Of a DNA stretch of 64,000 nucleotides, positions 28,778-38,512 are shown piece by piece. Position numbers and translations under genes: made by a program. Below the pieces are notes generated by a model. The model had not been told where the DNA came from and ran no database searches. It was given only the letters and a program-made list of their open reading frames with translations. The stretch lies in the NCBI GenBank assembly GCA_021299635.1, contig JAJTFA010000002.1:249110-313109 (forward strand). The letters are read 5' to 3'. Origin of the DNA: Sphingobacteriales bacterium. Lineage in GTDB: Bacteria; Bacteroidota; Bacteroidia; UKL13-3. How positions within the stretch are numbered: position 1 is the first letter of the stretch; each line of letters opens with the position of its first letter.

Positions 28778-28906
28778 GCCGTTTGCGGCTCTATTTTGCA
28801 AATGCTTACGTTCTGATTTGTATTTTCTGCAAAATTCACATAGAAAATTATCATTTGCCTGTTATGTTTAATTTTTGCATTTTGCTTCCTTGCAAACAAA
28901 AAAGCC

Positions 28907-30787
28907 ATGATACAAAATTTTAAATCACTGCACTATTACCTGAGAAATTCAGCTACTCAAATTAAAGGATTAGATCAGGTATATATGATGGAGAAATTGA
29001 AAGGTAGTTGGGTTGAACTAACCTATCGCGAGGTTCTCAGACAAATCAATGCACTATCAGCATACCTGCTTCAACACGGATTGGAAAAGCAGGATAAGGT
29101 TGCACTCATCATAGAAAACAGCCCGGAGTATATTTGTTTTGATCAGGCGCTGATGCAATTGGGCCTTGTAAATGTTTCCATTTATCCAACACTTTCCGAG
29201 TCTGAAGTAGAATACATCATCAATAACTCAGAGGCCAAAGCGATTTTAGTAGGCTCACCATTTTTATGGAAAAAAATCAACTCGGTTAAAGGCAATTGTC
29301 CCGAATTGAAATTATTTATTACAGCTTATGAAACCGATAAGCAGCCGGAAGGAACCATATCTTACACCGAAGCAGTTAAACAAGGTGAGGCTATTTACCC
29401 TTCAATAAAAGATGCAATAGAAAGACGTTTGGAGTCGGTAACCAGAGATGATCTGGCTTGTTTGCTTTATACCTCCGGAACCACCGGCAAACCAAAAGGT
29501 GCCATGCTTTCCCACAACAATTTTATTACCAATGTGGAGATGGCTATTGATTTAATGCCAATTGTAAATAATGAGTTTCGCTTTCTTTCATTTTTACCAA
29601 TGAGTCACGTCTATGAGCGCACAGCTACATACTATTGCAGCATTATTGTAGGAGCTCAGGTAGCGTTTGCCCAAAGTTTGGAAGCACTATCAGGTAATAT
29701 TATGGAGGTGCAGCCAACAGCATTGCTTACCGTGCCAAGGCTAATGGAGCGCATCGAAGAAAGGGTTAGAAAAACAATTACCCAGAAAGGTGGCTTTGGC
29801 TTAATGGTGTTCAATTGGGCATTTAAAGTTGGTGAACAAAGAAGGCACAATAAAGAACAAGGAAGGTCAAATGGCATTTGGCTGAAACTGCAGCTTGCCT
29901 TGGCAGAAAAACTGGTGTTTTCTAAAATAAAGGCAAAATTGGGTGGTAAAATGAAGCTGATGATTTCCGGTGGGGGAGCCATGCCTCAGCATGTGGGTGA
30001 GTTTTTTGCCAATATGGGTGTTACCGTTTGTGAAGGTTATGGATTAACAGAAACCTCTCCACTGGTTTGTGTTAATGAGTGGGAGCGTCAGGTTTTTGGT
30101 GCTGTTGGGCGCATTGGTAAAGGCTGCGAAGTGGCCATACAAAATCCTGAGACCAAGGAAGTTTATACCATTCAAACCAACCAATCATACAACCCGACTT
30201 TTGAAAGTCCGGAAGGAGAAATTTTGGTGCGTGGTGTAAATGTGATGAAAGGATACTGGAAAATGCCCGAAGCAACGGCAGAAACTATTGATAAGGATGG
30301 CTGGTTGCATACCGGTGACGTAGGTAAATTTTATAAAGGATACCTGAAGATTACCGATCGTATCAAAAATATTTTGGTAAACTCTTTCGGAAAAAATGTT
30401 TACCCTACACCTATTGAAAACACCTATTTGTTGTCACCAAAAATTGAACAGATCTTTTTAATTGGCGATAACCGTGAATACCTGACGGCAATCATTATCC
30501 CCTCGCGTGAGGAGATGAAGGAGCGCTTTAAAGTGAAGGAATCTTACTTTGCGGAACCAACAGAGTTTATTGATGACAAAGAAGTTTTTGACTGGTTGCT
30601 CGAAGACATGAAAAAACTAGAGAAAGATTTGGGCAAGTTTGAACGTATTAAGCATTTTATTGTTAAGCGCAAACCTTTCAGCATTGAAACAGGGGAGCTC
30701 ACTCCTAAGCAAAGCGTGAAGCGCAAAGTAGTAGAGCAGAAGTATGCCAAGGAGATTGATGATATGTATGCATTAACTGTTATCTGA
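28907..30787 (+). CDS. long-chain fatty acid--CoA ligase (AMP-binding)
   Basis: AMP-binding signature LLYTSGTTGKPKGAML, ...GYGLTETS..., ...WLHTGDVG... A start at M27 (MMEKLKG) is possible. Confidence 0.8.
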   Translation: MIQNFKSLHYYLRNSATQIKGLDQVYMMEKLKGSWVELTYREVLRQINALSAYLLQHGLEKQDKVALIIENSPEYICFDQALMQLGLVNVSIYPTLSESEVEYIINNSEAKAILVGSPFLWKKINSVKGNCPELKLFITAYETDKQPEGTISYTEAVKQGEAIYPSIKDAIERRLESVTRDDLACLLYTSGTTGKPKGAMLSHNNFITNVEMAIDLMPIVNNEFRFLSFLPMSHVYERTATYYCSIIVGAQVAFAQSLEALSGNIMEVQPTALLTVPRLMERIEERVRKTITQKGGFGLMVFNWAFKVGEQRRHNKEQGRSNGIWLKLQLALAEKLVFSKIKAKLGGKMKLMISGGGAMPQHVGEFFANMGVTVCEGYGLTETSPLVCVNEWERQVFGAVGRIGKGCEVAIQNPETKEVYTIQTNQSYNPTFESPEGEILVRGVNVMKGYWKMPEATAETIDKDGWLHTGDVGKFYKGYLKITDRIKNILVNSFGKNVYPTPIENTYLLSPKIEQIFLIGDNREYLTAIIIPSREEMKERFKVKESYFAEPTEFIDDKEVFDWLLEDMKKLEKDLGKFERIKHFIVKRKPFSIETGELTPKQSVKRKVVEQKYAKEIDDMYALTVI

Positions 30788-31545
30788 TGCACAAGCATAT
30801 TACCATATGCTTATTGGCAATGGTTTTATGCGTATGCACCAATGCCCAGTTTCGTTTACCCGATTCTTTATTTCTTAAAAACGGACACGTATTTGTAGAG
30901 ACAGGAGTTTCTATTCCTGTAATGGATTATGCCTCTACAGATTTTATTGTATTGTCTTCAGGCTTTGCACAAACAGGTTATAGTTGGCAAGCAGGTATGC
31001 AATATGATGTGCTTCCCTGGCTTGGATTAGGAATTCAATATTATGTAAATGAAAATAATTTTGATGATGCAGCACTTGCGCAATCATACATTGAATTATC
31101 AGCTAACAATCCGCGTTTACCCATTATTTATAACGGTTTCCAATCGGACCCATGGAAAATGCGGGGTATGATGTTTGGATTATACCTGCCTGTAAGAAAT
31201 TATTTGAGCACCTTTACCATTGGTATGTATGCAGGTTTTATGAATGCTACCTTACCTGCCTCTCAGTTATATATAACAGAGCGTGCAACCGGGCAGCCTG
31301 CAACCATCTTTCAGTATGAGGCTTCAGGCAATGATGCAGCGTATTACTTTTTTGTCGGTTTCAGAACCCGATTGTATAAAAATTTAGTCTTTACATCAAA
31401 GGCTTCATTCCTTTATTCAGAGCAAAGGTTTGAAGAAATATCTGGCTATTTCACCGGCTTGCAGCGGGCCATTTCATTTAGTCCGTATACGCAGTACCAT
31501 CATATCATTAACCTAAATGCAGGGCTTGGCTGGCAATTCAGGTAG
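30787..31545 (+). CDS. hypothetical outer-membrane beta-barrel protein
   Basis: Signal peptide (LLAMVLCVCTNAQ). Alternating aromatic pattern. C-terminal ...GLGWQFR ends in Phe-Arg. Confidence 0.45.
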   Translation: MHKHITICLLAMVLCVCTNAQFRLPDSLFLKNGHVFVETGVSIPVMDYASTDFIVLSSGFAQTGYSWQAGMQYDVLPWLGLGIQYYVNENNFDDAALAQSYIELSANNPRLPIIYNGFQSDPWKMRGMMFGLYLPVRNYLSTFTIGMYAGFMNATLPASQLYITERATGQPATIFQYEASGNDAAYYFFVGFRTRLYKNLVFTSKASFLYSEQRFEEISGYFTGLQRAISFSPYTQYHHIINLNAGLGWQFR

Positions 31546-31686
31546 TTGTTGTAATTTAGCTTTTCATGCAACATAAGGTAAGCCGGTTTGCAGAATGCGC
31601 AAAAAGCACATGATATATTTGGTAAAATTAATTAACGAGCTTGGTAATAATTCAGTTAATTTGTGACTGAGATTAAAATAATTCAT

Positions 31687-32694
31687 ATGAAAAAGAAGTT
31701 TAATTTAATGGTATTTAGCCTAATCGGATTAATATCCTGCATAGCTGCCCAGACACCACAAAAAAAAGTTTTTTTACCCTACTTTGAAGCCATCAACATC
31801 AAGAAGGATTATCAGATTTCTACAACCAAACTGATTAGAAACTATATCGAGACTGAAAACAGATATCAGGTAATGATGCTTGAAGGTAAGGATACCTTGT
31901 TTGATGCGGACCAACCCCTGGCAGTATTGAAGGGTAAAGCCATGGAGATGGGTGCCGATTATTATTTGAAAGGCTCACTTAACCGGATTGGTGAAAGTGT
32001 GATTGTAAATGTTACCCTCATTGAAACGGCTACCGGTAATAAAGTTTGGTTTGATCAGTTAAAGGCCATGGGTCCGGAAGACCTTGACCCTATTATGCAG
32101 CGCATAGCCAAAGCATTGGGTACAGATGAAAAAGCCGCAAATGATAATGATATTTATGCGGTCACCAATAATGAATCAGTACAATTGAAACAAAAGCAAA
32201 CAAATAATAGTTTTGGTTTATCCTTAGGGGGTATCCAAATGCTAATGCCAAACACATTACAGGCTACTATGATTGGAGTTGGTTGGTATTTTGATGCACG
32301 TAATGTAATAGTTGATATCAGACCTTCTATTTCTACTAATCCAAGTAAATTATTCATGTTTAATGTAGCTCTTGATTTGTTTAGGCCGCATACTACAAAG
32401 AGTAATACTTTTTTCTATGGTGGAGGCGCTAGTTTTTCTTATACTGATATCACCATGAGCGATAATATTTCTAGTTATGAAGTAGATGGAACAGGTTTAT
32501 CGTTTAGTTTAGGCGGAGGTTATTTACTTAATCGCAATGCAGGCGCATCGGTTAGAATTGGTGCTTATGCATTTTATGCATTATATGATTTGGAAGGATC
32601 TACATGGAGTTCGTTCGGGTTTGGTTCAAAACAATTAACAGAAAGCAGTCCTTTAGGTATTGAAATACGAGCAGAGATTATGTTTAACCAATAA
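31687..32694 (+). CDS. hypothetical exported protein (N-terminal alpha/beta domain plus C-terminal beta-barrel-like region)
   Basis: Signal peptide MKKKFNLMVFSLIGLISCIAAQ. The C-terminal third has Gly/Ser/aromatic-rich beta-strand repeats and a terminal F-N-Q. Start moved to the ATG at 31687. Confidence 0.45.
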   Translation: MKKKFNLMVFSLIGLISCIAAQTPQKKVFLPYFEAINIKKDYQISTTKLIRNYIETENRYQVMMLEGKDTLFDADQPLAVLKGKAMEMGADYYLKGSLNRIGESVIVNVTLIETATGNKVWFDQLKAMGPEDLDPIMQRIAKALGTDEKAANDNDIYAVTNNESVQLKQKQTNNSFGLSLGGIQMLMPNTLQATMIGVGWYFDARNVIVDIRPSISTNPSKLFMFNVALDLFRPHTTKSNTFFYGGGASFSYTDITMSDNISSYEVDGTGLSFSLGGGYLLNRNAGASVRIGAYAFYALYDLEGSTWSSFGFGSKQLTESSPLGIEIRAEIMFNQ

Positions 32695-32703
32695 TGCAAA
32701 AGA

Positions 32704-33087
32704 ATGAAACTAAGGCAAGCTACTTTATTCATTCTAGCACTTCTACTGCTTACATCTTGTTCCTCAACTCATATTGTGCTAGCCAATAACAAAAAGCCCT
32801 ACCAGATTTACATAAACAATCAGCTGAAAGGAACAGGTACCGCCAGTATCCCACGTTCAGGGTTGCCGCAAACCCGAACCATCCAGGTAAGAGATGCGTC
32901 TGGTAATGTGCTGGCTCAGGAAAGGATAAGAAGGGAAATGAATGTACTGAAATTTATTGGGGGCTTCTTTTACTTATATCCCTTATGGTTTTTTGCCTGG
33001 GATTATGATAAAGAGATCTCCATCTTTATTCCTAAACAAACAAGTGATGAGTTTGACGCGCAACCTTCAAAAAGCAAGTGGGATTAG
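32704..33087 (+). CDS. hypothetical lipoprotein
   Basis: Lipobox LLLTSCSS. 127 aa. Confidence 0.45.
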   Translation: MKLRQATLFILALLLLTSCSSTHIVLANNKKPYQIYINNQLKGTGTASIPRSGLPQTRTIQVRDASGNVLAQERIRREMNVLKFIGGFFYLYPLWFFAWDYDKEISIFIPKQTSDEFDAQPSKSKWD

Positions 33088-33111
33088 CAGTCCTGCAGCG
33101 TAAAGGTGCGT

Positions 33112-33483
33112 TTACCAATCCTTAAACATAATGAATACAGCCAGCATGCTGAGTGCAAATCCTGCAATATGATTCCATTGTAGTGTTCCGTCTTTAAATA
33201 AATAGATATTAACCAGTACAAAAACCATCATGCTCACGGCCTCTTGCATGGTTTTTAACTCAAACATGCTAAATGGTCCGCCATGCAGATGTGAGCCTAA
33301 TCTGTTGGCCGGTACCTGAAACAAATATTCAAAGAAGGCTATAAACCAACAGATGTGGCTAATGCCTATTAGCCCGGTTTATTTTAACCAGCTAATCTTC
33401 TGAAACTGCAGGTATCCATGCCACGCAAACGTCATAAACAGGTTGAAACATACCAGTAAAATCACCGTATAAAACCCTTTCAT
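33112..33483 (-). pseudogene. small DMT-superfamily (DUF486-like) membrane protein gene interrupted by an in-frame TAA
   Basis: ATG at 33483 reads MKGFYTVILLVCFNLFMTFAWHGYLQFQKISWLK-*. The same frame then continues TGLIGISHICWFIAFFEYLFQVPANRLGSHLHGG...AVFIMFKDW to the stop at 33112. The stop is TAA at plus 33379-33381. Both halves match the ~120-aa conserved Bacteroidetes DMT family protein. Confidence 0.55.
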
Positions 33484-33550
33484 AGCTAATAGTTTTTAGA
33501 ATATTCAAAATTGCCTACTTTCGCACCACAGAACAACAAAACATATACAC

Positions 33551-33907
33551 ATGAAACAACACATTGAAGCCATTAAAAAAACAATTGATAAGGAAGGCAT
33601 CAATACAAAAGTGGTAGAGCAACTAATGGAACTGAGAGAGTGGTTTAAAGCCAACTTAAATGAGCCCGGCTACGTGCGCATGCTGCGTTTGGCATATGAA
33701 AATATTCAGGAAAAAGGCGCATACACGTTTTTATACCTGGAAGATGAAAATGGTGCAGCAAATCTGAAATACTTTCTGGACCTAGTCTCTGACTACAACA
33801 ATAAATACAACAAGGATGAGCTGATAGATGTGCGCCATGTGATGGAAGGCACCAAGAGAGAAGATGAAGAAGAGGAAGAAGAGAAAGACCTTGAAGAAAC
33901 AGCTTAA
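33551..33907 (+). CDS. hypothetical protein with acidic C-terminal tail
   Basis: 118 aa, ends ...KREDEEEEEEKDLEETA. No motif. Confidence 0.45.
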   Translation: MKQHIEAIKKTIDKEGINTKVVEQLMELREWFKANLNEPGYVRMLRLAYENIQEKGAYTFLYLEDENGAANLKYFLDLVSDYNNKYNKDELIDVRHVMEGTKREDEEEEEEKDLEETA

Positions 33908-33923
33908 TTTGTAAAACGCATAA

Positions 33924-33960
33924 AAAAGGCTGCTCCGTATTTCGGGGCAGCCTTTTTCTT
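33924..33960. terminator. bidirectional rho-independent terminator between convergent genes (hypothetical (+) and dxs (-))
   Basis: aaaaaaggctgctccg-tatttc-ggggcagccttttt, flanked by A-run and T-run. Confidence 0.7.
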
Positions 33961-33976
33961 TGATATTACGCCCAAG

Positions 33977-35899
33977 CTATGCGCTCACTCTTTCTACAAT
34001 GAGTTGTTTCACGGTTTGCATAATTGCTGTAGCATCAAAGCCGCACTCTGCATATAGTTCTTTTTGTTCTCCATGCTCAATAACCGCATCCGGCATGCCC
34101 AGCATTTTTACCTGTGTATGGTATCCGTATTTTGCCATAAACTCTAGCACTGCACTACCTGTGCCACCTACAACGGTTCCATCTTCTACAGTAACTATCT
34201 TTTTGTAATTGGTAAATACTTCGTGTAGCATCTCTTCGTCCAATGGTTTAACAAAACGCAAATCATAATGACCAACGGAAATACCTTCTTCTGACAGTTG
34301 GTTGGCAGCTTGTGCGGCAATATTTCCAATATGGCCAATGGTTAATAAAGCCAACTCATCACCATCGCGCAATTTACGGCCCTTACCAATCTCCAACTCT
34401 TTAAATGGTGTTTTCCACTCAGGTATTACTCCGTTGCCACGCGGATAGCGTATGGAGAAAGGACCTGCATTTTTTTCAAGCGTTGCCGTATACATCAAGT
34501 TACGTAACTCTTCTTCGTTCATCGGAGCACTTACCACCATATTAGGTACGCATCTCATATATGGGATGTCTATCATGCCATGATGCGTAGGTCCGTCTGC
34601 ACCGGCTAGGCCTGCTCTGTCCATACAAAATATTACATGTAGTTTTTGCAAGGCCACATCATGCACTACCTGATCATATGCACGCTGCATAAATGATGAG
34701 TAGATATTGCAAAAAGGAATTAACCCTTGTGTTGCAAGTCCTGCACTAAAAGTTACTGCATGCTGCTCTGCAATGCCTACATCAAAGGCGCGTTTAGGCA
34801 TGGCCTTCATCATGATATTCATGGAAGAACCAGAAGGCATAGCAGGTGTAATGCCTACAATTTTTTCGTTTTTCTCAGCCAATTCAACCAAGGTATGTCC
34901 AAATACATCTTGGTATTTTGGTGGTTGCGGCTTATCTGAAACAGATTTATATATTTCACCGGTTACTTTATCAAACAAACCCGGTGCATGCCATTTGGTT
35001 TGGTCTTTTTCTGCCAGGGCATAACCTTTACCTTTTACGGTAACACAATGCAATAATTTAGGTCCGGGTATTTTCTTTAAATCATTCAACACTTTAACCA
35101 TATGGTTTACGTCATGCCCATCAATGGGGCCAAAATAACGGAAGCGCAATGATTCAAACATATTGCTGTGCTTAAGCACACCAGATTTTATAGTATCATG
35201 CACCTTTGAAAGAATATCTTGAGATATATGCCCGATTTTGTTCAGCCGATCAAGCGCCTTCCAAACATCATCTTTAAATTTATTATAAGTAGGTGAGGTA
35301 GTAATATCGGTTAAATATTCCTTGAGTGCGCCTACATTTGGGTCTATACTCATGCAATTGTCATTCAGCACCACAATGAGGTTAGAGTCTTCTACACCTG
35401 CATGGTTCAGGCCCTCAAAGGCAAGTCCTGCGGTCATGGCACCATCGCCTATAACAGCAATATGTTGGCGGTCTGTTTCACCTTTAAGCCTGGAAGCAAC
35501 AGCCATGCCTAGCGCAGCTGAAATAGAAGTGGATGAGTGACCCACACCAAAAGTATCATACTCACTTTCGCTGCGTTTTGGAAAACCCGAAATACCTTTA
35601 TAAACCCTGTTTGTATGGAAAACATCTCTACGGCCCGTAAGTATTTTATGGCCATATGCCTGATGGCCTACATCCCAAACCAATTGGTCGTAAGGTGTAT
35701 TAAAGGCATAATGCAGGGCCACGGTTAGTTCCACCACGCCCAAACTGGCACCAAAGTGGCCCCCGTAAACAGAGACCATATCAATGATATATTGCCTTAA
35801 CTCGGCACATACCTTTACCAAGTCCTCCTCCTTAACCTTGCGTAAATCAGCAGGATAATGAATGGGGCTTAGCAGTTCTCCCGGTTTTATTTCCATCAT
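33977..35899 (-). CDS. dxs: 1-deoxy-D-xylulose-5-phosphate synthase
   Basis: 640 aa. ThDP motif ...GDGAMTAGLAFEGLNHAG..., transketolase-like domains. Confidence 0.9.
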   Translation of the reverse strand: MMEIKPGELLSPIHYPADLRKVKEEDLVKVCAELRQYIIDMVSVYGGHFGASLGVVELTVALHYAFNTPYDQLVWDVGHQAYGHKILTGRRDVFHTNRVYKGISGFPKRSESEYDTFGVGHSSTSISAALGMAVASRLKGETDRQHIAVIGDGAMTAGLAFEGLNHAGVEDSNLIVVLNDNCMSIDPNVGALKEYLTDITTSPTYNKFKDDVWKALDRLNKIGHISQDILSKVHDTIKSGVLKHSNMFESLRFRYFGPIDGHDVNHMVKVLNDLKKIPGPKLLHCVTVKGKGYALAEKDQTKWHAPGLFDKVTGEIYKSVSDKPQPPKYQDVFGHTLVELAEKNEKIVGITPAMPSGSSMNIMMKAMPKRAFDVGIAEQHAVTFSAGLATQGLIPFCNIYSSFMQRAYDQVVHDVALQKLHVIFCMDRAGLAGADGPTHHGMIDIPYMRCVPNMVVSAPMNEEELRNLMYTATLEKNAGPFSIRYPRGNGVIPEWKTPFKELEIGKGRKLRDGDELALLTIGHIGNIAAQAANQLSEEGISVGHYDLRFVKPLDEEMLHEVFTNYKKIVTVEDGTVVGGTGSAVLEFMAKYGYHTQVKMLGMPDAVIEHGEQKELYAECGFDATAIMQTVKQLIVERVSA

Positions 35900-36023
35900 A
35901 CGTTTTAAAACAGACCTTTACGTTAAAAAGTTTAATTAAATGCAGATTTGTTTAAACCTGCAAATTGATTAGTAAACGGTAAAAATAAGGTTTTGGTTTA
36001 AAAACCCGAAATAAAGCCTATTT

Positions 36024-36833
36024 TTATAAGCGAGCCTCGGTAACCATTATATCCTCGCGTGGCGGAATGCTAAGTACCGGAATATTTGAGTGGTTAACCA
36101 TCTGCTGAGCGTATTTGCCTAAAAAGAAGGAGCCAATTTGAAGTTCCTGCTCTGTCATAATCACAATTAAATCAGCTTTTTTCTCCTGTGCAAAACGAAT
36201 GGTTTGGTTGGTTATGTTTCCTCCCAAGCGCTTTTCATGGCTAGAATTAATGTGACACCCATTCAATTTTTCAATGGTTTGCCGCAGGTAGGCATTTACT
36301 TTGTATTCTGATTCTTTGTTTTTATCTGTTGAAACACCAAGCAGGTGTATAGTTGCCCCAAATACCTCGGCCAGTTTTATAGCATAGGGTAACTTTTGTC
36401 TGGACTCAAATGAAGTATCTATGGGCAAAACAATGGATTTAAACTGGTTGATACCCGCATCTTCTCTCATGCTTAGGACAGGGCAGGTTGAGCTGTTTAC
36501 AATCTTGTAGGCATTGCTGCCCATCCAAAACTCCTCAAAGCCCGAAACCCCATGTGTGCCCATTACAATCAGTTCAGTGTTCGATTCTTTTGAGGCGGCT
36601 ATAATTTCTTTATCAACGGCACCATCCCTATGCAGATAATGAAAATCCACTCCTGCATTTTCTGCATTCAGTGTTTGGTGTAGCTCACCTGCAGTTTTGT
36701 TGTTTTCATGCATGTGCAGGGCAGTAAGTTGAGCGTTTAGTTTTTTAGCAAAATGAGTAGCTGCTCTGAAGGCAACAATAGATTGCGGTGAACCATCAAC
36801 CGGAACCATAATACGCGAAAATGAAATGCTCAT
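36024..36833 (-). CDS. universal stress protein (tandem UspA domains)
   Basis: Two Usp domains (MVPVDGSPQS... and ...IVLPIDTSFES...) with ATP-binding-like G-x2-G-x9-G(S/T) remnants. Confidence 0.75.
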   Translation of the reverse strand: MSISFSRIMVPVDGSPQSIVAFRAATHFAKKLNAQLTALHMHENNKTAGELHQTLNAENAGVDFHYLHRDGAVDKEIIAASKESNTELIVMGTHGVSGFEEFWMGSNAYKIVNSSTCPVLSMREDAGINQFKSIVLPIDTSFESRQKLPYAIKLAEVFGATIHLLGVSTDKNKESEYKVNAYLRQTIEKLNGCHINSSHEKRLGGNITNQTIRFAQEKKADLIVIMTEQELQIGSFFLGKYAQQMVNHSNIPVLSIPPREDIMVTEARL

Positions 36834-36905
36834 AGCGGTAAATTTTGGTACACACTAATTTACCGATACACGCCTATAAGAAAAATGAGAATAGTCAGGT
36901 TTGGG

Positions 36906-37691
36906 TTAGTTCCCTTTAAACTCAGGCTTTCTTTTTTCATTAAATGCTGCCACCCCTTCTTTGTAATCATCGCTACGTCCTGCTATTTCCTGGCAGTATG
37001 CTTCATATTCAAGCATGGCATCCAAATCGCTGTTAAAGGATTTGTTAAGCATTTTTTTCATAAGGGCAATGGCTTTGGTTGGTGCTTTCGCATAATACAA
37101 TGCAATATTCATGGTCTCTTCATCCAGTTTTTCGGGTGCCACCACACGGTTCACCATACCCCATTCCAAGGCTTGTTTGGCAGCAACTTTAGACCCCATG
37201 GTGCTTAGTTCAAAAGCGCGAGCAGAGCCCACCAAACGAGGCAAAAAATAAGAGGAGCCGGAATCAAGTACCAACCCTACATTAATAAAAACTTCAATAA
37301 GGCTCGCCTGCTCAGACGCTACAATAAAATCAGAAGCCAGTGCCATAGAGCAGCCTGCACCGGCAGCCACACCGTTTAATTTACAAATTATTGGTATGGG
37401 TAAATTACGCATGGCCCTGATCATCGGATTATAGCGTTTGTATAAAGAATCACTCAGCGAACGGTTCTTAGCACCGGCAATAGATTTTAAATCCTGGCCT
37501 GAACAAAAAGCCTTACCTGCACCAGTTAAAATAAGTACACGAATGCTTTTATTTTTTTCTATTTTTTTCAACGCATCTATCACATCAAAACTTTGCTGCT
37601 CATTAAACGCATTAAACACATCGGGGCGGTTAAGCGTTAGGGTGGCAATACCAACTTGTATGTCTAGTAATATGGTTTCGTATGTGCTCAT
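36906..37691 (-). CDS. enoyl-CoA hydratase/isomerase (crotonase family)
   Basis: ILTGAGKAFCSGQDLK..., ...ICKLNGVAAGAGCSMALASD... Confidence 0.85.
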   Translation of the reverse strand: MSTYETILLDIQVGIATLTLNRPDVFNAFNEQQSFDVIDALKKIEKNKSIRVLILTGAGKAFCSGQDLKSIAGAKNRSLSDSLYKRYNPMIRAMRNLPIPIICKLNGVAAGAGCSMALASDFIVASEQASLIEVFINVGLVLDSGSSYFLPRLVGSARAFELSTMGSKVAAKQALEWGMVNRVVAPEKLDEETMNIALYYAKAPTKAIALMKKMLNKSFNSDLDAMLEYEAYCQEIAGRSDDYKEGVAAFNEKRKPEFKGN

Positions 37692-37856
37692 ATTTTGATT
37701 AATTAGATGGGCGAAAATAACTTTTTTGAGTAAATGTTAACCATGCAAACCACAAGTAACCCGCTGCCATGAACTGTAGTATTTGATATACGATAAACCA
37801 CACCAACATTGTGCACTTGTGTATGCCAATACAATTCTCTGCACTAATTTCACTGC

Positions 37857-38387
37857 GTGAAAAAACTATTCATCTTTGCAATTGCCTTTTTCATGGCGCT
37901 GGCATCATGCCGCAGCAAAAAAAAAGCAACGCATGGTTTAAGCAATAGAGATAAGGCAGAAAGAAAGACCTATTTTGAAAATAAATATGGTGTTGCATTT
38001 GACAGAGAAACCAACCACAAACTTTACATGGCCATTGATGTATGGTATGGTACCCCCCATAAGTTAGGCGCATGTGAAAAAAGTGGCATTGATTGCTCTT
38101 GTTTTGTAAACAGGGTTTTTAAAGAAGTGTATGATTGCGATACTCCTCGCGATACGAAGGGGTTGATGGAAGCAATCAAGCAAATTGACAAAGAAAAATT
38201 AAGGGAGGGCGATTTGGTTTTCTTTGCGATGAATAAAGGCAGTAAGGTTGATCATGTAGGCATCTACTTGAGTAGCGGGAAATTTGTGCATACCTCCAGT
38301 AAGAGAGGGGTAATGGTAAGTAGTTTGGACGAACCACATTTTGAGAAAGCGTTTAAAATAAGTGGAAGGCTAAAATGTTCGGGCTAG
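37857..38387 (+). CDS. NlpC/P60 (C40) family lipoprotein peptidase
   Basis: GTG start. Lipobox MALASC. Catalytic Cys context GIDCSCFVNRVF and His in DHVGIYL. Confidence 0.7.
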   Translation: MKKLFIFAIAFFMALASCRSKKKATHGLSNRDKAERKTYFENKYGVAFDRETNHKLYMAIDVWYGTPHKLGACEKSGIDCSCFVNRVFKEVYDCDTPRDTKGLMEAIKQIDKEKLREGDLVFFAMNKGSKVDHVGIYLSSGKFVHTSSKRGVMVSSLDEPHFEKAFKISGRLKCSG

Positions 38388-38512
38388 GTTGCAAAGGAAT
38401 GGAAGTTTGTTTTATGGAGCTTAGTTGTTGTATAACCGGTTAAAAAAATCATGATGTTTAGGGTTGTACTTACTCAGCTTTCAATACATACCCTTCCAAT
38501 GAGACTTAGACT

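Noticed and set aside
33960-34208. Plus-strand 82-aa ORF spanning the bidirectional terminator and the dxs 3' end
   Set aside because: It overlaps the well-supported dxs C-terminus antisense and starts inside the terminator hairpin, so it is spurious.
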